From an uncultured Alphaproteobacteria bacterium (GTDB lineage Bacteria > Pseudomonadota > Alphaproteobacteria > RF32 > CAG-239), in assembly GCA_944390315.1 (NCBI GenBank), contig CALXPO010000025.1, positions 73,286 to 137,285 on the forward strand: a DNA stretch of 64,000 nt, in the 5' to 3' direction. The stretch's first letter is position 1. The number at the start of each line of letters is the position of its first letter. Of the stretch, positions 50,865-60,442 are shown piece by piece. The notes beneath the pieces were generated by a model that saw only the letters and a list, made by a program, of their open reading frames with translations, was not told the origin of the DNA and made no database searches. Made by a program: the position numbers and the translations under genes.

Positions 50865-51919
50865 CTCTTATTCTTTCTTGTATCAAATGCGTCACGAACG
50901 CCCTCGCCTATAAATATAAGCAATGTCAATAGTGTTGATAAAACAATAAATATTGAAATACCAATCCAGGGAGCTTGTAAATTGTCTTTGCCCTGACGTA
51001 CCAAATCTCCTAACGACGGATATTCGTGTGATAGTCCTAAACCTAAAAAATCAAGTGCCGTAAGCGAAACTATTGCCTCTGACAACAAAAAAGGAATAAA
51101 AGTTATTGTTGACACCAAAGCATTAGGTAAAATATGACGCCATATAATTTGCCAATTGCTGACACCCATGACGCGTGCAGCTTTGACAAATTCAAAATTA
51201 CGCGTACGCATAAATTCTGCCCGCACCATTCCCGTAAGCGATGTCCATGAAAAAAACAACAAAATGACCAACAAACTCCAAAAGGTTGGTAAAAATATAC
51301 TTGATACGATAATTAAAATAAACAATTGAGGCAAAGATTCCCATATCTCAATAAATCTTTGCATAATGATATCCAACTTTCCGCCGAAATACCCTTGAAC
51401 GGCTCCTGCCAAAATTCCGATAACCGAAGAAACAAATGTTAGAATAAATGCAAAAACAATCGACAAGCGCAATCCATACAAAAGTCTGGCAACAATATCC
51501 CTGCCCTCGTCATCCGTTCCCAGCCAATGTCGAGCCGAAGGAGCAGCCGGCGTCGGCGCATCCATTTCCATATCCACAGTGTTAAAAGAAAAAGGTATTA
51601 TCGGCATTATCAACCAACCATGCTGTGCTATATTATTGCGAATATAAGGATCCGTATAGTCTGCGGGTGTCGGAAAATCACCTCCAAAATCGGCATCTGT
51701 ATATTCTTTTAGCAAAGGAAAGAAAAAATCTCCTTTATAATTTACCAGCAAAGGCTTATCGTTTGCCAAGACTTCTGCAAACAAACTCAATATGAAAGTG
51801 ATAATCAATAAATACAAAGCCCAAACAGCCCGTTTGTTACGGCAAAACCTGTAATACATTCGGGTAATATTGGTTTTCTTTTGTTTATCCGGTATATTAT
51901 TGAGCAACGGCAGCACCAT
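50861..51919 (-). CDS. ABC transporter permease, OppC/YejE-like
   Basis: Long N-terminal periplasmic loop, six TM helices, and an EAA-like loop (…AARVMGVSNWQIIWRHILPN…). Its stop overlaps the ATPase start by 4 nt. Confidence 0.8.
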   Translation of the reverse strand: MVLPLLNNIPDKQKKTNITRMYYRFCRNKRAVWALYLLIITFILSLFAEVLANDKPLLVNYKGDFFFPLLKEYTDADFGGDFPTPADYTDPYIRNNIAQHGWLIMPIIPFSFNTVDMEMDAPTPAAPSARHWLGTDDEGRDIVARLLYGLRLSIVFAFILTFVSSVIGILAGAVQGYFGGKLDIIMQRFIEIWESLPQLFILIIVSSIFLPTFWSLLVILLFFSWTSLTGMVRAEFMRTRNFEFVKAARVMGVSNWQIIWRHILPNALVSTITFIPFLLSEAIVSLTALDFLGLGLSHEYPSLGDLVRQGKDNLQAPWIGISIFIVLSTLLTLLIFIGEGVRDAFDTRKNKR

Positions 51920-53939
51920 TTACCTGTGACAGAGGAATAACTTCAGCTTCGCTTCCAACTTGAATTTCGTTGGTCATAATTTTTTGCTCGCTGATGTTTG
52001 TATTTTCAAGCGGCAACAATCCTGATGCAGACGGCAATTCCGCCGTTTCAACCAAATCCGCTTTTCCCAAAGGAACTAAAAGTGATTTTTCGGGTGCTCT
52101 GTAATTCAGTTTATGCCACTCTTTGTACCAACGATTAAATTCCTGCAACGATTTTTGCGCAATGGTATTTGTAAAAGCAACGCTTGCCAAACTTTCTGTT
52201 ACGGATTTTTTGATGCTTTTAGAGAGTTTTGTGTGAGCAAATTCTTCACATTTTGGTCCGTTGTTTAATTGATTATTCAGAATATCTTCAACTGCGCATA
52301 TAGACTTGTTTATAACAAATTTTTTGCTACCTGCCGTTTTGACCGCCAAAGCTGTTAATTGTCCGTTTATAAAGCGTTCTGCATAATCATCGTTGTTGGA
52401 ACCAATCATATCGTCCATACCTGCCAAACCTTCGATAATAACACTGATATTTTGAGAATTCGGCAATTGACCAAGACGTTCCATCATTTTTTCTAATTGT
52501 CCGAATAAGCACATTGTTTGTTTCATATAGGCGTTTCTTTTTTCTAAGAAAGACTTATTTTCTACCCACGGTTGATTATATTTCACCAACCATTCATCCA
52601 TGCCTTTCAAACGGCACATGTCATCATAGACATACATATCCGAAGGCAAATCCAGATATATAAAATAGGCTTGGTTTCCTTTATCTTTTTCTATATCATC
52701 GAGCATTAAGTCTAAGGCCTTATAAGAATTGATGACATAAAGTTTTTTGTAAGTTGTCCCTAAAATCGGCGTTTTGGCCGGATTATAAAACGTTTTGGCA
52801 GATCCGTATAGATTTTCCATAATATCTTCATTATTAAACCAACCGGTACTTTCAAGCCATTGTATGGCCAAAATCTTAATTTTATCTCCCGTTGAGAATT
52901 GAAGTGAATCAATATTCACAGGAAAATTAACTTTTGTCACGCAACGATTGACGGCATCTTGGTTATTCTTTTTGCATAAGTTAATTCCGTGAGATTGATA
53001 AGCACTTATTTTGTAGCCTTTTTCTTTCAGACCATCGTATACAATATTATCTTTGAGGTAGGCCTCAAAATCTTCTCGATTTTTAAATTGCCAATATCCG
53101 TTTTTCAACACTTGATTTTGTAAAAAAGATATATCCTCACCTGCGGTGTAATTAAGATTGCGAGCCGCATTAATAAACTGATTTGTGCTTGTGATATAAG
53201 CATTCGGATAAAGTTTGAAACCGTTTTTAGCATAAAAAGCCAACATAATTTTCATGAGTTGTTCTTTATAGATTTCCGAAGCATCTTTTTTATCCAACGT
53301 TGCCAGATAGCTATATGAAGGAGCATTTGCAATCATAACCGTAATCAGTTTTTGGGAATCATCACCGACAGGAGCCGAAACCATATCCGGATTAATAACG
53401 AACTCACTACGATCTTGGTTTTGATTAACCAGAACGGCACCAAAGCAAAAGACAACCGTCAGCACTAACAGAGCTTTGATACGCTTGGGTGTAAGAGCCA
53501 AAATTGCAAAGACAATCACTCCGGCCACAACAGCGCTGAATACTTCGGTACTTTCTATATTAAAGTTGGCAAATTGACAAATAAAAGCATAAGTAACAAA
53601 ACCTGTAACAAGTGCGGTTAAAATGTATAGTATAATACTTAAAAAGGAAAGGCAGAAATACAAAAGGGTAATTGTAAGAGCCATACCTATCAAGAAATAA
53701 AGCACTTCGGGACGCAGATGGCTTGTTCCGCTAAAAATATTGAATGGACCCGAGGAAGCAAATAAAATAAAATCCATACCAAGCAATGATATGGTTATCA
53801 AACAACAAGAAAAGAAGTTAAACAAATAATTCCATGTTGATGAATTAAACAAGTTTTTTTTGCTTTTTCTGGGGGCCGGTCTAAAGCCAAGATTGGGTTG
53901 AATATCTTCGGGACGACCATCGATGACTACATCTTCCAT
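51897..53939 (-). CDS. Large polytopic membrane protein of unknown function with a big extracytoplasmic domain
   Basis: The track ORF runs to 54149 but would overlap rpsD by 83 nt. The first in-frame Met clear of rpsD is MEDVVIDG at 53939, which gives about 680 aa. Four to five N-terminal TM helices precede a soluble domain of about 480 aa. The 3' end overlaps the permease start. Confidence 0.5.
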   Translation of the reverse strand: MEDVVIDGRPEDIQPNLGFRPAPRKSKKNLFNSSTWNYLFNFFSCCLITISLLGMDFILFASSGPFNIFSGTSHLRPEVLYFLIGMALTITLLYFCLSFLSIILYILTALVTGFVTYAFICQFANFNIESTEVFSAVVAGVIVFAILALTPKRIKALLVLTVVFCFGAVLVNQNQDRSEFVINPDMVSAPVGDDSQKLITVMIANAPSYSYLATLDKKDASEIYKEQLMKIMLAFYAKNGFKLYPNAYITSTNQFINAARNLNYTAGEDISFLQNQVLKNGYWQFKNREDFEAYLKDNIVYDGLKEKGYKISAYQSHGINLCKKNNQDAVNRCVTKVNFPVNIDSLQFSTGDKIKILAIQWLESTGWFNNEDIMENLYGSAKTFYNPAKTPILGTTYKKLYVINSYKALDLMLDDIEKDKGNQAYFIYLDLPSDMYVYDDMCRLKGMDEWLVKYNQPWVENKSFLEKRNAYMKQTMCLFGQLEKMMERLGQLPNSQNISVIIEGLAGMDDMIGSNNDDYAERFINGQLTALAVKTAGSKKFVINKSICAVEDILNNQLNNGPKCEEFAHTKLSKSIKKSVTESLASVAFTNTIAQKSLQEFNRWYKEWHKLNYRAPEKSLLVPLGKADLVETAELPSASGLLPLENTNISEQKIMTNEIQVGSEAEVIPLSQVNGAAVAQ

Positions 53940-54013
53940 AATTTTGTTCCATAATTGTGTGGTTGAATAAAAAATATAGGTTATATAAGCATATTTATAA
54001 TAATTTTTAAAGC

Positions 54014-54050
54014 AAAAATCCCCAAGATTACACAATCTTGGGGATTTTTG
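54014..54050. terminator. Rho-independent terminator of rpsD (bidirectional shape)
   Basis: aaaaatccccaagatt-acaca-atcttggggattttt is a perfect 16-bp stem immediately 3' of rpsD. Confidence 0.7.
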
Positions 54051-54066
54051 TTGTTTTTCTTTATGA

Positions 54067-54678
54067 TTATCTGGAGTAGAACTCGATAACCAAGCTGGGT
54101 TCCATAACGGAAGCATAAGGAACATCGTCAAACTTAGGTACAAAAGCATATTTTACGCTAAATTTAGAATCAGCTTCCAGATAAGAAGGAACTTCATGCA
54201 AATTAGATTCCAAAGCAGCTAAGACCATAGGCATTTGCTGAGCTTTATCTTTAACGGAGATAACATCACCGGCTTTAACCATATAGGACGGGATATTAAC
54301 TCTTTTACCATTTACCAAGATATGACCATGGTTTACGAATTGACGAGCTGCGAAAATTGTCGGAACAAATTTTGCTTTGTAGACCAAGTTGTCCAAACGA
54401 GATTCCAAAATACCAATCAAGTTTTCGGCAGCATCACCACGTCTTCTGGTGGCTTCAGCATAATATTTACGGAATTGTTTTTCAGAAACGTTACCGTAAT
54501 ATGTTTTTAATCTTTGTTTAGCTTGTAATTGTTCACCATAGTCGGTTAATTTCTTTTTACGAGCACCGTGTTGACCCGGACCATATTCGCGTTTAAGCAG
54601 AGGGCTTTTCGGGTCTCCCCACAAATTGGCATGCAAACTACGGTTTGTCTTTTTCTTAGCTTTTACAATACTTTTCAT
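54067..54678 (-). CDS. rpsD: 30S ribosomal protein S4
   Basis: [30 protein letters not shown]...NLVYKAKF...[19 protein letters not shown]. 203 aa. Confidence 0.9.
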   Translation of the reverse strand: MKSIVKAKKKTNRSLHANLWGDPKSPLLKREYGPGQHGARKKKLTDYGEQLQAKQRLKTYYGNVSEKQFRKYYAEATRRRGDAAENLIGILESRLDNLVYKAKFVPTIFAARQFVNHGHILVNGKRVNIPSYMVKAGDVISVKDKAQQMPMVLAALESNLHEVPSYLEADSKFSVKYAFVPKFDDVPYASVMEPSLVIEFYSR

Positions 54679-54857
54679 TCAAGTTTTCCTTTTTGATTTA
54701 TTTTAACGTTATTGTCCCGGTAGTCTTTATATTGAATATAAAGCGGGGTATAATTACCCACATTTCCAGAAGTGTCTGAAATCTAATCTAATTTGAAAAA
54801 AAAATCAAGCATTTTCTTGTTGAAAAATACGAATTATTTTAATTATGCCTTAACCCT

Positions 54858-55610
54858 TTATCGGGACAATTGTTTCAATTGTTGTGCTTTGTCTTTTGGC
54901 AAGACTATACCGCATGACACAACAAATTTTAATCCATCTTCAACAGACATATCAAGCATTATAACATCTTCTTTGGGCACAAAAATCAAAAATCCCGAAG
55001 TAGGATTGGGAGTGGTCGGAATAAATATATTGAGCATATCTTGATTGATTTTGCTTTTAACTTCTCCTTCGGTATTGCCGCTTACAAAGCCCAAAATCCA
55101 AATTCCCTTGCGTGGATATTCCAACAGAACAACTTGTCGGAAGGATTGATTCTTGTTAGAAAACAGCGTTTCAAAAACCTGCTTCAGTAAAGAATATATA
55201 CTTGAAATAACCGGCATTCTTTTGACAATCCAGTCGCCTAAACGTACAAAAAAACTCCCGACAAAACCAGCCGCAAACATTCCGATGAGTATCAACGCTA
55301 CAAGAAGCAATAAAACACCAAGCCCCGGAATGGTAAACGGAATATTATTATAATATTCTTTAATTTGCGGCGGCAACAGCTTTTCTACTCCGTTATCTAT
55401 CCACATAATAATCTGATATGCCATATAAAATGTAATGGATACCGGAGCCGTTACGAGTATTCCCGTAAAAAAATATGCTCTTACCTTCGCTCCGAGTTGC
55501 ATAAAAACTCGTTGCTCTTTTTCTCGTATCTTTTTGATGTGCTCTGCTCTTCTTTTGGTCTTTTCCTGATTTTTGATAAATGACATGTTACCCTTCTTTC
55601 GCATCTTCAA
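54858..55610 (-). CDS. DUF502-family membrane protein
   Basis: Two TM helices, then the conserved ...NPTSGFLIFVP... block. The start is uncertain between 55610 and 55586; the later start clears the recJ stop. Confidence 0.55.
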   Translation of the reverse strand: MKMRKKGNMSFIKNQEKTKRRAEHIKKIREKEQRVFMQLGAKVRAYFFTGILVTAPVSITFYMAYQIIMWIDNGVEKLLPPQIKEYYNNIPFTIPGLGVLLLLVALILIGMFAAGFVGSFFVRLGDWIVKRMPVISSIYSLLKQVFETLFSNKNQSFRQVVLLEYPRKGIWILGFVSGNTEGEVKSKINQDMLNIFIPTTPNPTSGFLIFVPKEDVIMLDMSVEDGLKFVVSCGIVLPKDKAQQLKQLSR

Positions 55611-57354
55611 TAATAAATTGTATTTGTGTCTTTCCCATCCAACTGTCTTTTCTTATTGTTCCGACAACATTAAGAGACGTGCCGCGGTTGTTTAACAAAG
55701 CCTTTCCCAATTCAGTATCAGCCGACCTAAAAGCCATGGCTTTTAAACTTCCCCCTTCAAGAGTCGTTAAAATACAGCGTACGTGTCCACTTCCTACAAC
55801 GGCAGGTTTAATAATTTTGACAGACGGAATCATAAATTTCGGTTCGGGATTTGCAGAACCAAACGGCTCTAACAAACTGAGCTTGTCGCTTAATTCGATA
55901 GAAATGGCCTTTAATGAAATAATGCCGTCTATTTCTATAACCGGATTGATTTTTTCTTTGCCAAGGAATTTTTCGGCATATTCTCCGGCAAATTTTCGAA
56001 ATTCTTCAAGTTTTTCTTTTTGAAGAGAAAAACCCGCAGCCATATGATGCCCCCCTCCTTTAGTCAATATTCCTTTTTCCTTCGCAGCCATAATCAATGC
56101 TCCGATATTTAACCCTGCGACTGAGCGCGCCGAACCTTTTACCTCATCTTCTTCTATCGACATAACAAATGCCGGCAAATTATAGCGCTCTTTTAGTTTT
56201 CCCGCCACAATTCCTATCACGCCTTGATGCCAATCGTTGCCATATACATAAGCAATCGGATATGACTGTGGCGTGCCTTCTAAAATTTCAATGGCTCGCA
56301 AAAGAACATATGCTTCTATTTCTTTGCGTTGCGCATTAAAATTATCTAATTTTTCTGCTAAAAGAGCAGCGGTCGTCTCATCTGCGGCACACAACAAGCG
56401 GCTTCCCGTAGATGCTTCTCCTACTCTACCTCCGGCATTAATACGCGGACCTAATATATAACCCAAGTGATACGCTGTCGGTGCTGAGGATAAAGATGCT
56501 TTATCTGTCAATGCCGTAATACCTTTGTTTTGCCTTAATGACATAATCTTTAATCCCTGGCGCACATAGGCTCGATTTAACCCTAACAAAGGAACAACAT
56601 CACATACGGTCCCTAATGCCACTAAATCCAACCATGACAATAGTTTGGGTTCCGGTCTGTGATTGTAATATCCTCGCTTTCTCAATTCACGGTTAACACA
56701 AACAATGGTCATAAAAACAACACCGACGGCGGCCATGTATTTGAGATAAGGATAATTATCATCTTCATCTAACCTTTTGGGATTGATAACCGCGTAAACC
56801 TTAGGTAAAATAGTTTCCGCTTCATGGTGGTCAATGACGACAACATCCAAACCTTGGTTTTGAGCATATTCCAGTGCATCAAACGCAGTTGTTCCGCAAT
56901 CGGCGGTAATAAGCAATTTGGCATCATGAGTTAAAAAATCATCAACCATTTGCCGATTGGGACCGTAGCCTTCTTCTCGTTCCGGAATATGCAGCAAAAT
57001 ATTGCAATCAAGAGATTGAAAAAATAATTTTAATAAGGAAGATGACGTGGCACCATCGACATCATAATCACCGATAACGGCAATCTGTTCTTTTTTTTCA
57101 ATGGCATCGGCAATTCTTGACGCGCCTTTTTCCATATCCTTTAGGCATGCGGGATCCGGCATCAAATTCTGAATTTTGGGATACAAAAAATTATCTACCT
57201 CATTTATGTCTATTCCTCTGGAAACAAGAATAGCTGCGATATTTATCGGCAAATTATATTTGGCGGCTATCCTTTCTGCTTCGTTTTCATTATAAGAAAC
57301 AAATTTCCATATATTGCCGCCGATAGATAAGTCTTGTTCTAATGCCGTATTCAA
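55588..57354 (-). CDS. recJ: Single-stranded-DNA-specific exonuclease RecJ
   Basis: DHH motifs (VIGDYDVDGATSS; VVIDHH) and a DHHA1 region. 588 aa. Confidence 0.9.
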   Translation of the reverse strand: MNTALEQDLSIGGNIWKFVSYNENEAERIAAKYNLPINIAAILVSRGIDINEVDNFLYPKIQNLMPDPACLKDMEKGASRIADAIEKKEQIAVIGDYDVDGATSSSLLKLFFQSLDCNILLHIPEREEGYGPNRQMVDDFLTHDAKLLITADCGTTAFDALEYAQNQGLDVVVIDHHEAETILPKVYAVINPKRLDEDDNYPYLKYMAAVGVVFMTIVCVNRELRKRGYYNHRPEPKLLSWLDLVALGTVCDVVPLLGLNRAYVRQGLKIMSLRQNKGITALTDKASLSSAPTAYHLGYILGPRINAGGRVGEASTGSRLLCAADETTAALLAEKLDNFNAQRKEIEAYVLLRAIEILEGTPQSYPIAYVYGNDWHQGVIGIVAGKLKERYNLPAFVMSIEEDEVKGSARSVAGLNIGALIMAAKEKGILTKGGGHHMAAGFSLQKEKLEEFRKFAGEYAEKFLGKEKINPVIEIDGIISLKAISIELSDKLSLLEPFGSANPEPKFMIPSVKIIKPAVVGSGHVRCILTTLEGGSLKAMAFRSADTELGKALLNNRGTSLNVVGTIRKDSWMGKTQIQFIIEDAKEG

Positions 57355-57519
57355 TGTCTACTCCATATTTATAATTCTAATAGCATCATTTGTAAAACAT
57401 ACCTTAAGATTAAACAAGTACAAAAATACTAAAAAAATACACTTTTAAAAAATCAGTTTGTATTTTATAAAATATTGTTATAGAATTTTAACGTAGCTTT
57501 GAAAATTATGGAGGGAGAT

Positions 57520-58038
57520 ATGTCAAAAATAGTAAAACTTTTTATGATTCTTTTATTACTGACTGCTTGCTATAAAAAAGATAACAGTGAAACTTTAGTT
57601 ATTACGGATAGTGACGGTAATGAAATTGTCTATAAAATAGAATTGGCACAAACTAAAGATGAGTTAACGACCGGTATGATGAACCGTACCGAACTTGATG
57701 CCGATGCCGGCATGCTCTTTGACTTATCTCCGTATACAAATGTTCCCACGGCAATGTGGATGAAAGATACACCTTTAGCCTTAGATATGCTGTTTATTGA
57801 CCAGGACGGAACGGTTTATTGGATATATGAAAATGCAGAACCAAATTCCGAAAAATTGATTGTTGCCCCCTATGCTGCCAATGCCGTCTTAGAAATCAAT
57901 GCCGGTGACGTTAAAGCAAAAGATATCAAAATCGGTGATACCGTAAAGTACAAATTGTTTGACAAAGATAAACCGGTTCAAAATACTGATGAAAGTAAGA
58001 CGCAAAATCAAAATTCGGATAATGCTGATAAAAAATAA
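57520..58038 (+). CDS. DUF192-domain lipoprotein
   Basis: RBS ggagggag before the ATG at 57520. Lipobox LLLLTAC. DUF192-like core (LDMLFIDQDGTVYWI). Confidence 0.55.
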   Translation: MSKIVKLFMILLLLTACYKKDNSETLVITDSDGNEIVYKIELAQTKDELTTGMMNRTELDADAGMLFDLSPYTNVPTAMWMKDTPLALDMLFIDQDGTVYWIYENAEPNSEKLIVAPYAANAVLEINAGDVKAKDIKIGDTVKYKLFDKDKPVQNTDESKTQNQNSDNADKK

Positions 58039-58083
58039 AATAATTTATCGTAATCATTACCAAAGGCGGAAATTTATTCCGCC

Positions 58084-58352
58084 TTTTTTGATTAGTGCCT
58101 TACAGAAAACCCCGAGTTTACTCGGGGCTGAATGCCAAGGTGCTGGAACAACACCGCTCCATGCCAACGAGCGTGGTCAAACCGTAAGGTTTGTAGCTGT
58201 TATAGAACCCCGGGTTTACTCGGGGATATCTACGTGTCACCTTGCGGAATACTTTAATTTTACTCGACAGGCATTTTATGCCGACAAGCATGGTTCAAAC
58301 GTAAGATTTTTAGCCTATTTGAAACCACCCGTGTACTGAAAGATATTTATAA
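58084..58352. repeat. Intergenic repeat element, two tandem units
   Basis: Unit 1: tagtgccttacagaaaaccccgagtttactcggggctgaatgccaaggtgctggaacaacacc...gagcgtggtcaaaccgtaaggtttgtagctgttatagaa. Unit 2: ccccgggtttactcgggg...atggttcaaacgtaagatttttagcctatttgaaacca...gaaagatatttat. Each unit contains an 8-bp hairpin ccccgagt-ttac-actcgggg. Confidence 0.7.
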
Positions 58353-58382
58353 TTGAAACATATAAAAGTCAGTAAAATCTAA

Positions 58383-58796
58383 TTATTTATGGGCAAAGGT
58401 AAAATAGCGGTGCAGCAGATAAGTTAAAATTGTAATTCCTATGGTATAAAATCCTTGTGCAAGCAATTCATTTATTTTATATATATCAACCATGATAAAC
58501 ATTGCAAAATAGTTTAAGACCATCGTTGTTAAATAAACTCCCCACCCTTTACTATATTCTTTATACCAAATTCCGTTTGAGCGAAAAACATAGTAACGCA
58601 TTGTAAAAATAGACACGTTGACAGAAATAACATAGCCAATCCAAATGGCATTTTTATACGACAATTGTAACACAATTAGTAAGAAAGCAAAAACGCCATA
58701 GCCAAAAACGGTATTAAACCCGCCAACTAATAAAAATCTGAGCTTTTCAGGCAAAATAAACCAAATTTTTTCAATTTTCAGATACAAGTTTATCAT
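58383..58796 (-). CDS. GtrA-family small membrane protein (candidate polyprenyl-phosphate-sugar flippase)
   Basis: 137 aa with four TM helices. LRFLLVGGFNTVFGYGVFAFL is a GtrA-like N-terminus. Confidence 0.65.
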   Translation of the reverse strand: MINLYLKIEKIWFILPEKLRFLLVGGFNTVFGYGVFAFLLIVLQLSYKNAIWIGYVISVNVSIFTMRYYVFRSNGIWYKEYSKGWGVYLTTMVLNYFAMFIMVDIYKINELLAQGFYTIGITILTYLLHRYFTFAHK

Positions 58797-60429
58797 TTTC
58801 AGGCTCTATGTAGTAGATTTTGTACACTTTATTTTCAAATATCAGTTGGTAATCCGATTTTGGTTCAAAATCCGGAGAATTGATTTTATGTACGACAAAA
58901 TAATTACCGGCTTGGGGGCTTTTTTGAATGACTTTATAAGAATATTCATCCTCATCAACATGAAGATTTTTCAATGGGACTTCCGCTATCACCGAAATAT
59001 CGAGATTAGGAAAATTATATTTTAAGGCAGAAGCCCAACCGGTAACTTTCCACCATTTTCTCGGGGTGGGCTCATTAGAATACAGATATACGCTTACGGG
59101 ATTTTTTTGGGCTCGTGAAGCAATATATTCAGCAATTTGTCTTCTGTATATACCCTCTTCCCGATGATAAACGTGGTAATTGACGTACCCCGAATACAAA
59201 ACCGTCGGTATAAATAAAATAGCTAAAATCATCTTGTTTTGAACAAATGTAAAAATATAGGCTACGGCAAAAACAACCGTCAGATAGAGGTAATATGATT
59301 TATAATAATCCGGAATTACCACTATTTTCAAAACAAAGACAACCACCAGGCTCAAAATCGTTATTCCTAGCAAAGTTCCTTCTGTCAAAAAATATATCTT
59401 ATCGTATCGGCGTTGAAATATTTTGAACAACAATATCATCAAAGCACATGCATTTAATATTAACGCGAGCTTATTTATGCTTACGATTATCGACACATCG
59501 GCTCTATGGGTATCTAAATAAGGCGTCCCCAGAGTATTGTCCTGAAGGAGTAAGAAACAATTCATGAAAATGAATAAGCTCCAAAATAACAAATATTCAA
59601 TCGGCATTTTTGAAATTGTTTTGAAAGGAGAAAAAAACGAAGAAATATTTATCTGTCCCGAAAAAATGCGATATATGATAAAAAATCCCAACAATCCGGC
59701 ATAAAATAAAGTTACCGTTTCTTTCATATAAATAGCGATGTTGGCACAAATCAAAAACCATAACAAATTTCCAAATCGCCCTGTTTGATTAAATTTATTA
59801 AGTGAAATCAAGCTCAATATGACAAAAATCATGATAAGCTGTTCCGAAAAAATAGGATTATTAATGACAAACACCGCCGGTATAAAGTTAACTATTGCAA
59901 GAACAATCAAACGTCTTGTTATCGGTATAAACTCAAAAAATCGGTATAACAAATACAGCAAAAACAGTTGCTTCAAAATAATCCAACAATAGATAATTAT
60001 AAAATTATGGCTAACGGCATAAATGAAATTATTATCCATTCCGGCAAGCGGCGTAAAACGAATCGGATCAATAATGGATAATATACCGTATTTCATTGCG
60101 ACTTGAACATCAACCGCCATTAAATCAAAATTATTGAGTGTCGATGCTTCTTGAGATAAAGTGGCAAAACAGTATAGTCCTATAGATAGAAGTAACAAAC
60201 CAAAAGAAAACCATTTGGCTGCAGGGGCAGATGAAAAATCATATTTTTCTTCAGGTAAAAAAGAAACTTTTTCATATTTAAAAAAGAATTTGACTAATAA
60301 CCAGTTAAGAAAAAGAATTACTGAAACGACTAATGCATAATTTCCAAGATTGTTCCACGTCAGAAAAAACTCAAAATGATTATATATTGCAGATATAATA
60401 TCATCGTTAAATAACGGAAAGTTTCTCAT
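58771..60429 (-). CDS. Polytopic membrane glycosyltransferase-like protein, paralog A (candidate GT-C / ArnT-PMT-GtrC-like)
   Basis: 552 aa with about 11-13 TM helices and a C-terminal soluble domain of about 110 aa. Paralogous to the adjacent 529-aa protein (shared blocks IRFTPLAGMDNNFIYAVSHNFII versus MRFNPIAGIDHNIVYGISHNYIA). I cannot confirm the family from motifs alone. Confidence 0.5.
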   Translation of the reverse strand: MRNFPLFNDDIISAIYNHFEFFLTWNNLGNYALVVSVILFLNWLLVKFFFKYEKVSFLPEEKYDFSSAPAAKWFSFGLLLLSIGLYCFATLSQEASTLNNFDLMAVDVQVAMKYGILSIIDPIRFTPLAGMDNNFIYAVSHNFIIIYCWIILKQLFLLYLLYRFFEFIPITRRLIVLAIVNFIPAVFVINNPIFSEQLIMIFVILSLISLNKFNQTGRFGNLLWFLICANIAIYMKETVTLFYAGLLGFFIIYRIFSGQINISSFFSPFKTISKMPIEYLLFWSLFIFMNCFLLLQDNTLGTPYLDTHRADVSIIVSINKLALILNACALMILLFKIFQRRYDKIYFLTEGTLLGITILSLVVVFVLKIVVIPDYYKSYYLYLTVVFAVAYIFTFVQNKMILAILFIPTVLYSGYVNYHVYHREEGIYRRQIAEYIASRAQKNPVSVYLYSNEPTPRKWWKVTGWASALKYNFPNLDISVIAEVPLKNLHVDEDEYSYKVIQKSPQAGNYFVVHKINSPDFEPKSDYQLIFENKVYKIYYIEPENDKLVSEN

Positions 60430-60442
60430 GTCCAGCTCTCTT

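Noticed and set aside
54067-54149. Track start at 54149 for the large membrane protein
   Set aside because: It would overlap the rpsD coding sequence by 83 nt on the same strand and run through the rpsD terminator hairpin. The first in-frame Met clear of rpsD (53939) is used instead.
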